In this document: positions 44,672 to 53,492 of the stretch, in pieces | Numbering within the stretch: position 1 is the first letter of the stretch | Layout: every line of letters starts with the position of its first letter | Source of the DNA: an uncultured Rickettsiales bacterium | GTDB lineage: Bacteria; Pseudomonadota; Alphaproteobacteria; Rickettsiales; UBA1997 | DNA length: 64,000 bases | Assembly (NCBI GenBank): GCA_944392135.1 | Contig: CALXVQ010000001.1 | Location: 5,359-69,358 of the forward strand | Reading direction: 5' to 3' | The notes under the pieces: model-generated | What the model saw: the letters and a program-made list of their open reading frames with translations, nothing else | What the model was told of the DNA's origin: nothing | Database searches by the model: none | Position numbers and translations under genes: made by a program

Positions 44672-46201
44672 TTACTTTATTAAACTCTTGCCAGTCATTT
44701 CTTTTGGTTGTGGAAGGTCCATAACTTTGAGAATTGTTGGGGCGATGTCGCAAAGACTGCCGTTGTCAAGTTTGATGTCTTTGACATTGTTGCCGATCAT
44801 TATGAATGGGACGAGGTTTGTTGTGTGGGCTGTGAATGGTTGGTTGGTTGTTTCGTCGAACATTTTTTCGGCATTGCCATGGTCGGCTGTGATGAATATG
44901 ATGCCATCTTTTTCTTTTACTTTTTGGACGATTTCACCAACACATTTGTCAACTGCTTCGCAAGCTTTGATTGCTGCATCCATAATGCCTGTGTGGCCTA
45001 CCATGTCAGGGTTGGCAAAATTGATTACAATTAAGTCAAACTTGTTTGAATTGATTGCATTGATTACACCATCTTTTACAGCTTCGGCTGACATTTCAGG
45101 TTGTAAGTCGTATGTGGCAACTTTTGGTGAGTTGATTAAAACTCTTTCTTCGCCTTTGAATACTGTTTCTTTTCCGCCATTGAAGAAGAATGTAACATGG
45201 GCATATTTTTCTGTTTCGGCAATTCTTAATTGATTTAAGTCGGCATTTGATACAACTTCGCCGAGTGAATTTATGATTTCTTCTGGTGTGTAAACTGTTG
45301 ATAAATATTTTGCATGGTCTTCAGAATATTCTGTTAATTCTCCCATAACTGTAAAGCTAACAATCTTCTTTCTGCTAAAACCATCAAAATCTTTATTTCC
45401 TAATGCCATGGTTAACTCCCTAGCTCTGTCTGCTCTAAAATTGCAGAATAAAAAGCCATCACCATCTTGCATGCCCTTGTAATCACCAATTACAGAAGGA
45501 ACTATAAATTCATCTGTAATATCTTTTTGATATGAAGCATTAATTGCTTCTTCTGCTGTTGTGAATTTTTCATCGCTTTCAGCTAAAACTATTGTGTTGT
45601 AAGCTTTTTCAATTCTATCCCATCTTTTATCTCTATCCATTCCATAATATCTACCACCAATAGTAGCTATTTTGACATTAGAATAAGATGATAATTCTTT
45701 GTTTAAAGTGTCTACATAAGTTAATGCAGATTTTTGTGCTGTATCTCTACCATCAGCTATGAAATGCAACATAACATTTATTTTTGCATCAGCGAAAGAT
45801 TTTGTAATACTTATAATATGATTAATGTGTGAATGAACACCACCATCAGAAACTAAACCAATTAAATGCATTGTTTTGTTTGTGTTTTGCATTTTTGAAA
45901 TAAAATCTTTGATAACTGGTCTATCTTTTAAAGTATTATTTGCAACATCTTTATTAATCATAGGTAAAGTTTGTAAAACAACTCTTCCGGCACCAATATT
46001 TGTGTGTCCAACTTCGGAATTTCCCATTTGTCCTTCTGGAAGTCCAACATATTCACCGCTTGCATGAAGTGTGGAATTAGGATATTCTTTTAAATAACTA
46101 TCATAGTTTGGAGTATTTGCTTTTGCAATAGCAGAATATTTATCATTTTCTGGTATGCCCCAACCATCCATAATACATAATACAACAGGTTTATTTTTCA
46201 T
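44672..46201 (-). CDS. gpmI: 2,3-bisphosphoglycerate-independent phosphoglycerate mutase
   Basis: 509 aa. Contains VLCIMDGWG, NSEVGHTNIGAGR, ADGRD, NFANPDMVGHTG and TADHGNAE. Confidence 0.95.
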   Translation of the reverse strand: MKNKPVVLCIMDGWGIPENDKYSAIAKANTPNYDSYLKEYPNSTLHASGEYVGLPEGQMGNSEVGHTNIGAGRVVLQTLPMINKDVANNTLKDRPVIKDFISKMQNTNKTMHLIGLVSDGGVHSHINHIISITKSFADAKINVMLHFIADGRDTAQKSALTYVDTLNKELSSYSNVKIATIGGRYYGMDRDKRWDRIEKAYNTIVLAESDEKFTTAEEAINASYQKDITDEFIVPSVIGDYKGMQDGDGFLFCNFRADRARELTMALGNKDFDGFSRKKIVSFTVMGELTEYSEDHAKYLSTVYTPEEIINSLGEVVSNADLNQLRIAETEKYAHVTFFFNGGKETVFKGEERVLINSPKVATYDLQPEMSAEAVKDGVINAINSNKFDLIVINFANPDMVGHTGIMDAAIKACEAVDKCVGEIVQKVKEKDGIIFITADHGNAEKMFDETTNQPFTAHTTNLVPFIMIGNNVKDIKLDNGSLCDIAPTILKVMDLPQPKEMTGKSLIK

Positions 46202-46264
46202 ATTAATTTTTCATTATTACTAGTACTTATATATATACAAAAACAATATTAAATATCAAGAATT

Positions 46265-47254
46265 TTATTTATTATCTTTCGCTAATGGGTGTAGAGTATT
46301 TACTATGTTTTTTAATTTATCATCTACTATATGTGTATATATTTGAGTGGTTGAAATATCACTATGTCCTAATAATTCTTGCAAAATTCTTAAATCAGCA
46401 CCCCTATTTAATAAATGTGTTGCAAATGAATGTCTTATAATATGTGGTGAAATTTTATTAGTATCAATATTACATTCTATTGCTAATTCTTTTAAATTTA
46501 ATGCAAATATTTGTCTTGTAATATGATTATCTTTTTGTTTGTATTTTATTTTTGTATCTTTTTTATTTTTAGAAAAATTTACAAGTGTAGTCCATAACCA
46601 TTGTGAATGTTGATTTTGTAGTAAATTATCTCTTAAATTAAGATATTTTATTAAAATATTTTTTGCTTGTTGATTTATAGGTACAAGTCTTTCTTTATTT
46701 CCTTTTCCTTTAATTATTAAAAAATCATCTATTGTATATAAACCATCTTTTCTATATTTTTTTTGTATATCACTAATTTTTAATTCAACCAATTCAGAAA
46801 CTCTCATTCCTGTGGCATATAATAGTTCAAGCATGCAATAAAATTGTATTCCATAATTACTAGTATCTTCTTTTGCTTTTGATAAAAGTTTATCAACTTC
46901 TTCTTCTGTTAAAAAAGTTGGCAATTTTTCTTGTTTTTTAGGTAATTCTAATAATTCTGCTGGATTTTCTGTAATAATATTTTCTAATTGTAAAAAAATA
47001 AAAAATTGTCTTAAAGTTGATATATTTCTTGATAATGTAGATATAGAAAAGCCTTGTTTATATAAATTTTCTATATATTTTTTTAGATCATTTAATGTAA
47101 TATTGTTTATATTGTCTTTTTTTATAAACTCAAAAAAATTATTTAAATCATTTTTATATGATTCAATAGTATTAATGGAATAACCTTTTTCAGCAATTAA
47201 ATTATTTAAAAAATTATTAATATATTTCTCAATCATAGTATATTTATAAATCAT
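46265..47254 (-). CDS. XerC/XerD-family tyrosine recombinase
   Basis: N-terminal SAM-like domain (YSINTIESYKNDLNNFFEF). Catalytic region ATGMRVSELVEL...HIIRHSFATHLLNRGADLRILQELLGHSDISTTQIYTH. The start is probably the internal MIEKYI. Confidence 0.8.
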   Translation of the reverse strand: MIYKYTMIEKYINNFLNNLIAEKGYSINTIESYKNDLNNFFEFIKKDNINNITLNDLKKYIENLYKQGFSISTLSRNISTLRQFFIFLQLENIITENPAELLELPKKQEKLPTFLTEEEVDKLLSKAKEDTSNYGIQFYCMLELLYATGMRVSELVELKISDIQKKYRKDGLYTIDDFLIIKGKGNKERLVPINQQAKNILIKYLNLRDNLLQNQHSQWLWTTLVNFSKNKKDTKIKYKQKDNHITRQIFALNLKELAIECNIDTNKISPHIIRHSFATHLLNRGADLRILQELLGHSDISTTQIYTHIVDDKLKNIVNTLHPLAKDNK

Positions 47255-47348
47255 ATATAAATAATATTATAATTATAATTAATTATTGCAAAATAATTTT
47301 TTATTTATTAAACTCATATTGTAAAATATTAATTTATAAAGGAAAATT

Positions 47349-48053
47349 ATGATAAATACTAATAAAAAAGGTTTCTCTTTGATAGAATTATCTATCGTTT
47401 TAATTATTATTGGTCTTTTAGTTGCTGGTATCACTGGTGGTGCTAGTTTAATTAAAAGTGCTGAATTAAGAGCTGTTATGACAGATATTAGAAATTACCA
47501 AACCGCTGTTAATGCTTATTACACATCCAGAGGTGAACTTCCTGGTACAAGTGGTTCTTCCGAAATGACTTTTGATAATTCTTGTTTAGCTTGGGCACAA
47601 ATGGTTAATGAAGGTATAGTTGATGCTAACTTAACTTCATTCAGTCTAATTAGTGGTACAAAACAATATACATGTGATCCAATTACATCAGTTACTGCAA
47701 ACAACTCTGTTGGTTCAAAAATGAAAGGTGGTTTCTATGCATTAGGTTATAATGATGAAATGTTATCCAATGTTATTTTCTTAGTTGGTAGTGAAGAAAC
47801 AGTAAGTAATATGAAAAATGCAGAAACAGGTAGTGGTACAGCAAAATTAAGCAAAACAGTTGTTTCTAGAAAAGATGCTAAATTCTTAGATGACAAAATG
47901 GATAATGGTATTTCTGATTCTGGAAAGATATATGGTTTTACAGGAGAAGCTGTTAGTACTGCACCAGAAGGTTGTGTTTATAACAATTCATCTACAACTC
48001 TTGCAAATGAAACAGTTAGAGATTGTGGTGTAGCAGTATCTATTGGTTTATAG
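47349..48053 (+). CDS. type IV pilin-like protein
   Basis: Canonical prepilin N-terminus KKGFSLIELSIVLIIIGLLVAGITGG with G-1, F+1, E+5. Confidence 0.72.
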   Translation: MINTNKKGFSLIELSIVLIIIGLLVAGITGGASLIKSAELRAVMTDIRNYQTAVNAYYTSRGELPGTSGSSEMTFDNSCLAWAQMVNEGIVDANLTSFSLISGTKQYTCDPITSVTANNSVGSKMKGGFYALGYNDEMLSNVIFLVGSEETVSNMKNAETGSGTAKLSKTVVSRKDAKFLDDKMDNGISDSGKIYGFTGEAVSTAPEGCVYNNSSTTLANETVRDCGVAVSIGL

Positions 48054-48067
48054 TTTTATAAATTAAA

Positions 48068-48110
48068 ATATCCTACTTTTATATTTTGAAAGTAGGGTAT
48101 TTTGTGTTTT
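48068..48110 (+). terminator. rho-independent terminator after the pilin gene
   Basis: ATATCCTACTTTT / GAAAGTAGGGTAT stem followed by TTTGTGTTTT. Confidence 0.7.
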
Positions 48111-48128
48111 TAATTTTAAGGTTTTTTT

Positions 48129-48476
48129 ATGCAATCATTAGAAAGTTTTTTGTTTATATTTCAAATAATTTTATCAATTTTAATAATATTTTTTGTTTTA
48201 TTACAACAAAGTGATGAAGATTCTTTAAGTGGTATTGGAGCTGGGGCTGCAAATGCTAAAATGCTATCAAAAAGAACATTGGAAAGCCCAATATCAAAAA
48301 TGACTATGATTATTTTTATTATTTTTATGTGTAATTCTTTGTTATTAGCTACATTATCAGCTAGAACACATAAAAGTGATATTTTGGGTCTTGAAAATTT
48401 TATAGAAGAAAAAGTTAATACAAATAATAATAGCAACAATAATAACAACAGTAATAATATAGAAAATCAAAAATAA
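48129..48476 (+). CDS. secG: preprotein translocase subunit SecG (with Asn-rich tail)
   Basis: FQIILSILIIFFVLLQQSDEDSLSGIGAGAAN is the typical SecG TM1-LLQ motif with a Gly-rich loop, followed by a second TM. Confidence 0.72.
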   Translation: MQSLESFLFIFQIILSILIIFFVLLQQSDEDSLSGIGAGAANAKMLSKRTLESPISKMTMIIFIIFMCNSLLLATLSARTHKSDILGLENFIEEKVNTNNNSNNNNNSNNIENQK

Positions 48477-48723
48477 TAAATTATGTTTATGAATTAGAAA
48501 ATAAGCCTATTTTTGATAATGGGTTTATTTTTATATTAAAATATGCTTATATGTTTTTAACATATATATTAATTTTTAAAGTGTTATAAATATTACATGT
48601 AATAATTGTTTTGGAAATTATAATTAATTAAAACAACAAAACAAAATTAATAAATATGTAAGAATAACAATAAAAAGGCCATCAAAACGATAGCCTTTTT
48701 ATTAATTAATTCATAGTAATAAA

Positions 48724-49485
48724 TTAACCGATTGCATGATAACCACAATCAACATGTAAAATTTCACCTGTAATAGCAGATGACATATCACTTAGTAAGA
48801 ATACAGCACTGTTTCCAACTTCTTGAATTGTGCATGTTCTACCAAGTGGTGCTCTTTCTTCAAAAGCTTTTAATAATGAGTTAAATTCTGCAACACCAGA
48901 AGCAGCTAATGTTTTGATAGGAGCAGAAGAAATAGCATTTACTCTAATGTTCTTAGGTCCTAAATCAGCTGATAATTCTCTAACAGCAGAATCTAATGCA
49001 GCTTTACATGTTCCCATTAATTTATAATTTTTGATAACTTTTTCACCACCATAATATGTTAATGTAACAACAGAACCACCATTTTTCATTAAAGGTGCTA
49101 AATCTGATGTAAATTTAATGAGAGAATAAGCACTAATATTCATAGCTAAATCAAAGCCTTCTTGTGAAATTTTATTGTATTCACCATGTAAATCTTCTTT
49201 TGGAGCAAAAGCCATAGAATGAACGATAAAATCTAATTCGCCCCATTGTTCTTTGATTGTTTTTGATAAGTTAGCAACTTCTTCTTTGTTTGAAAAATCA
49301 CATTGTACTGTAAATTTACAGCCAACTTCTTCGGCTAATGGTAAAGCTCTTTTCTTCATAGCTTCATTTTGATACATTATGCAAAGTTCAGCACCATTTT
49401 CAGCACATTTTTGTGTAATACCCCAAGCAATACCCATATTGTTAGATAAGCCGATAATTAAACCTTTTTTTCCTTTTAATAACAT
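48724..49485 (-). CDS. fabI: enoyl-[acyl-carrier-protein] reductase (NADH) FabI
   Basis: GLIIGLSNNMGIAWGI, and a Y-x6-K region YKLMGTCKAALDS. SDR fold, 253 aa. Confidence 0.88.
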   Translation of the reverse strand: MLLKGKKGLIIGLSNNMGIAWGITQKCAENGAELCIMYQNEAMKKRALPLAEEVGCKFTVQCDFSNKEEVANLSKTIKEQWGELDFIVHSMAFAPKEDLHGEYNKISQEGFDLAMNISAYSLIKFTSDLAPLMKNGGSVVTLTYYGGEKVIKNYKLMGTCKAALDSAVRELSADLGPKNIRVNAISSAPIKTLAASGVAEFNSLLKAFEERAPLGRTCTIQEVGNSAVFLLSDMSSAITGEILHVDCGYHAIG

Positions 49486-49623
49486 AGCATTTTTATTGTT
49501 AATAAATCTTACATAATATTAATTGTTTAAAAATCATTTTGTCAAGCATTTTCTTAATAGTGGAAAAAAGTATATATTTCCCTTATATATATTATAAGGG
49601 AAAATTAAAGTTATGATAAATAA

Positions 49624-50811
49624 TTATTTTTCTCTGGCTTTCATTTGATCCCATAATGGACTCATATTTCTCAAATATGCAACTTCTTCTGTTAATCTTT
49701 TTGCATAATATAAAACTTCATCCATTTTTGTAAATCTTCCAAAACCAATTCTTAAAGATGAGTGAGCTAATTCTGGATCACCACCTAATGCTTCTATAAC
49801 ATAAGAAGGTCTTAAATCATCAGAAGTACAAGCTGAACCAGAAGAAACACCAACTTCCTTAACTCTAATCATCATAGATTCACCTTCAATTCCTGCAAAA
49901 CTATAATTAGCACAGCCCCACCATCTATGTTCTTTACTTCCATTAAGATAACATTTTTCAATTTTCATCATTTCATTATAAAATGCATCAAATAATTCTT
50001 TTGCATGTTTTGCATCTTTTTCCATTTCTTTTTTTGCAATTTTTGATGCTTCGCCCAAACCAACTATTAATGGTACAGGAAGGGTGCCTGATCTTAATCT
50101 TTTTTCTTGTCCGCCACCACTAAATAATGGTTGAACTTTAATTTTATCTCTAATATATAAAGCACCAACACCCTTAGGACCATATATCTTATGTCCAGAA
50201 ATACTCATTAAATCTATATCCATTTCTTCAACATCAAGTGGTATTTTTCCAAAAGCTTGTGCACAATCTGTATGAAAAATAACCCCTTTTTCTTTACATA
50301 TTTTTCCAATTTCTTTTAGTGGTTGAATAACACCAATTTCATTATTTACACCCATTACAGAAACCATAATTGTTTTTTCTGTAATAGCATTTTTTAAATC
50401 ATCTAGTGAAATTAAACCTTCGTGATTTACTGGTAGTAATGTAATTTCAAAACCTTCTTTTCTAAGACTTTTTACACTTTCTAAAACACATTTATGTTCA
50501 GTACAAACAGAAATAACATGATTTTTATTTTCTTTTTTATTAGCTCTTGCGACACCTTTAATTGCTAAATTATTAGATTCAGTGGCACCAGAAGTAAAAA
50601 TTATATTATCAGCCTTTGCATTAATAAGATCCGCAACTTGTTTTCTAGCTTTTTCAACTGCATCATGAGCTTTCCAACCAAAACAATGGCTATTAGAATG
50701 TGCATTTCCATAATCTTCTAGAAAATATGGATACATTGCATCAAGGACTCTTTTATCCATAGGCGTAGTTGCTTGAAAATCTAAATATATAGGCAATTTG
50801 CATTGTGTCAT
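49624..50811 (-). CDS. iscS: cysteine desulfurase (IscS/NifS class I)
   Basis: [22 protein letters not shown]-Lys motif [17 protein letters not shown], catalytic loop SSGSACTS. Confidence 0.88.
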   Translation of the reverse strand: MTQCKLPIYLDFQATTPMDKRVLDAMYPYFLEDYGNAHSNSHCFGWKAHDAVEKARKQVADLINAKADNIIFTSGATESNNLAIKGVARANKKENKNHVISVCTEHKCVLESVKSLRKEGFEITLLPVNHEGLISLDDLKNAITEKTIMVSVMGVNNEIGVIQPLKEIGKICKEKGVIFHTDCAQAFGKIPLDVEEMDIDLMSISGHKIYGPKGVGALYIRDKIKVQPLFSGGGQEKRLRSGTLPVPLIVGLGEASKIAKKEMEKDAKHAKELFDAFYNEMMKIEKCYLNGSKEHRWWGCANYSFAGIEGESMMIRVKEVGVSSGSACTSDDLRPSYVIEALGGDPELAHSSLRIGFGRFTKMDEVLYYAKRLTEEVAYLRNMSPLWDQMKAREK

Positions 50812-50984
50812 TTTCTTTTTTTTAATTTAACATAATTAATAATTTATAACTATAAAAATTAAAATCAAGATACATTTTTAAATTTATTTAAATGTTTAAT
50901 AAAATATCATTATATAAAATTAAATATTTATCCATTGAATTTAACGAAAAATTATTCTTATTCTTTTAGAAAAGTTAGTTTTTC

Positions 50985-51013
50985 TTGACAAAATATTTTT
51001 ATTTTTTTATATT
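50985..51013 (+). promoter_or_regulatory. candidate sigma70-type promoter for the OMP gene
   Basis: TTGACA (50985-50990), 17-nt spacer, TATATT (51008-51013). Confidence 0.4.
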
Positions 51014-51081
51014 TAGTATGTTGTATATATGTATATACTAATAAATATAATATTTATTACTAATTTTAAAAGGAGAAGGCC

Positions 51082-52023
51082 ATGAAAAGTAAAGTATTAT
51101 CAACCGCTCTCATTCTTGGTTCACTTTATGGAACAGCAAATGCATCTGTTTCTCTTACAAGCCCGCTTTATCAAGCATCAAAAGGAGAATTAAAAACCGA
51201 AGTTTCACTTGGTTATACAAAAAATATGTGGGATAAAGTTAGTGGTTTGCCTGGTATGCCTATTAGTACATTAGAAAATAAAGGCGGTAATGTAAATTTA
51301 GAAGGTCAATATGGTTTAACAGATCATCTTGCATTAAATTATGGTGTTTCATATAATCTTACACAACGCGGTAATATATATACACTTGCTAAATATAAAG
51401 CATCACCAGAATTTAAAAATTATTATTTGGGTTTAACTGGTAAATTGTATGATTGTGGTAAACAAAAAGCTTATCTTACTTTAAATGTTGGACAAAATGA
51501 TAATTATATGCCTAATGATTTTGGTGTATCTACAGTACCAAATACATATTTTGATTTATCTTTAAAATATGGTTTAGATTTAAACAATTATAATGTTGCT
51601 TTAAGTGTAGGCGGTATATATGATATGTCTTACACAAAAGATGTATCAATTGCAGGAGAAGCAATAAGCAATAAAGCAAAATCTACACAAGCATTATATA
51701 CAAAGTTAGAAAATGAAGTAAAGTTAGGAAAAGTTAATCTTGGTTTAGATTTATATTATTTATTACAAGGCAGTAAATATAATATAGTATATATGCCAGG
51801 AGAGGACCCATTATTATCCAATACAAATTCATATAATGAATATGGTGTATCTTTAAGTGTTGACTATGCTTTAAATGATACTATGTATTTAGGAATTTAT
51901 GGTTCTTTATATAAAAACGATAAAGAAGAACTTATACTTGATACTGGAAAAGGTACAGGTGATATTGGTGGTAAAAAAGAATATGGCTATACATATGGTG
52001 TAAAATTAACTAAATCATTCTAG
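51082..52023 (+). CDS. outer membrane beta-barrel protein (family not recognised)
   Basis: Signal peptide ...GTANA-S, alternating amphipathic beta-strand pattern, C-terminal YGVKLTKSF with terminal aromatic. Confidence 0.6.
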   Translation: MKSKVLSTALILGSLYGTANASVSLTSPLYQASKGELKTEVSLGYTKNMWDKVSGLPGMPISTLENKGGNVNLEGQYGLTDHLALNYGVSYNLTQRGNIYTLAKYKASPEFKNYYLGLTGKLYDCGKQKAYLTLNVGQNDNYMPNDFGVSTVPNTYFDLSLKYGLDLNNYNVALSVGGIYDMSYTKDVSIAGEAISNKAKSTQALYTKLENEVKLGKVNLGLDLYYLLQGSKYNIVYMPGEDPLLSNTNSYNEYGVSLSVDYALNDTMYLGIYGSLYKNDKEELILDTGKGTGDIGGKKEYGYTYGVKLTKSF

Positions 52024-52047
52024 TTAATAATTACATGTAAAAATATT

Positions 52048-52075
52048 AGCTCCATCAAATGATGGAGCTTTTTGG
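52048..52075 (+). terminator. rho-independent terminator after the OMP gene
   Basis: AGCTCCATC-AAAT-GATGGAGCT followed by TTTT. Confidence 0.75.
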
Positions 52076-52270
52076 TATTTATATTAAAGTAAATTTAGTA
52101 ATTTTATTATTAATAATTTAATGATTTTATAATAATTAATTTTTTAAAAAACTTTAATAAAATAAAATAAAAATTCTTGATATTAAAATTATATAAATTA
52201 AAATGGATGTTGGAAATATAATATTTTATATATTATATAGAATTTTTTAAAAATAATTGAGGTAAAAAAT

Positions 52271-52546
52271 ATGTTTAAGCAAGACTTAGTTAATGCAATA
52301 GCTACAAAAACAGGTAATACAAAAGTAGCATGCGAAATGATGTTAAATGCTTTTGTTGAAACAATTGAAGAATCACTTAAAAAAGGTGAAGATGTTTCTT
52401 TAATTGGTTTTGGTAGCTTTAAAGTTGTTGATACAAAGGCTAAAATGGGAAGAAATCCTAAAACAGGAAAAGAAATCAAAATACCAGCTGGTAAAAAAGT
52501 TAAATTTACAATTGGTAAAGTTTTAAAAGATTCTGTTAAAAAATAA
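52271..52546 (+). CDS. hup: HU family DNA-binding protein
   Basis: 91 aa. FKQDLVNAIA...GFGSFKVVDTKAKMGRNPKTGKEIKIPAGKKVKF is the HU/IHF signature. Confidence 0.92.
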   Translation: MFKQDLVNAIATKTGNTKVACEMMLNAFVETIEESLKKGEDVSLIGFGSFKVVDTKAKMGRNPKTGKEIKIPAGKKVKFTIGKVLKDSVKK

Positions 52547-52574
52547 TTTTTTAAATTATTTTTTATTTTTCAAG

Positions 52575-52607
52575 TCGCTATATTAAATTTAATATAGCGA
52601 TTTTTTT
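52575..52607 (+). terminator. rho-independent terminator after hup
   Basis: 13-bp perfect stem TCGCTATATTAAA/TTTAATATAGCGA followed by T7. Confidence 0.8.
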
Positions 52608-52611
52608 GTTA

Positions 52612-53465
52612 TATTGGTTTTTTTGTAGTTTATGGATTGCTTTGCTTCGCTCGCAATGACGAAGGGGGGCTTATGGATTGCTTTTTCGTTTACAATGACA
52701 GTACATACAAACTCGTCATTGCGAAGGCCGAAGGCCTGTGGCAATCTTGGTATGAGACATAATTATTCATTCATAGAATTCTTTTTCTTTGCTGTTTTTG
52801 TATTAACTTTTTGTGGTTTATGGATTGCTTCGTCGTTTCACTCCTCGCAATGACAGTACCCTTGTATCGTCATTGCGAGGCTTTGAAAAAGCCGTGGCAA
52901 TCTCGTTTATTCTAGGCTCGTCATTGCGAGGCTTTGAAAAAGCCGTGGCAATCTCAGTATGGCAACCACTGCACACAACCCAAGCTTGTCATTGCGAAGG
53001 CCGAAGGCCTGTGGCAATCCATAAGAAATTAAAAATTAATATTTCATTTGAAATCAATTCTTTAACTTGATAAATAATAATAATTTCTTTTTCTTTTCTG
53101 TTTTTGTATTTGCTGTTGATAGTGAATTCTTTTGTTTTTTTGTGAATGAATAGACTATCGGTGGTTTGTGGATTGCTTCACTTTGCTCGCAATGACAGGG
53201 GGGCAAAAAGTGGTGAATTCTTTTTCTTTTCTGTTTTTGTATTAACTTTTAGTGGTTTGTGGATTGCTTCGTCGTTTCACTCCTCGCAATGACAGTACCC
53301 TCGCATCGTCATTGCGAGACTTTGAAAAAGCCGTGGCAATCTCGTTTATTTTAGGCTCGTCATTGCGAGAGTTGCTTTGCAACTCGTGGCAATCTCAGTA
53401 TGACAACCGCTACACACAACCCAAACTTGTCATTGCGAAGGCCGAAGGCCTGTGGCAATCTTGAT
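52612..53465. repeat. intergenic array 5 of hairpin modules, including two copies of a ~208-nt four-module super-unit
   Basis: About 12 modules. Super-units at 52813-53020 and 53252-53460. Confidence 0.9.
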
Positions 53466-53492
53466 GTAAGATATAATCATTCATTTGTAGAA

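Noticed and set aside
44688-45233. Plus-strand ORFs 44688..45233, 44708..45034 and 45876..46067
   Set aside because: They are antisense to gpmI, whose translation is unambiguous. They are kept open by the local GC3 enrichment (see finding).
46265-47254. Tyrosine recombinase as a mobile-element integrase
   Set aside because: It has Xer-type N-terminal and catalytic motifs, is flanked by gpmI and a pilin/secG region, and has no tRNA, att-like repeats or cargo. It is most simply the chromosomal dimer-resolution recombinase.
52632-53464. ORFs 52632..52853, 52813..53070 and 53252..53464
   Set aside because: Repeat-array translations. The two similar peptides simply mirror the duplicated 208-nt super-unit.
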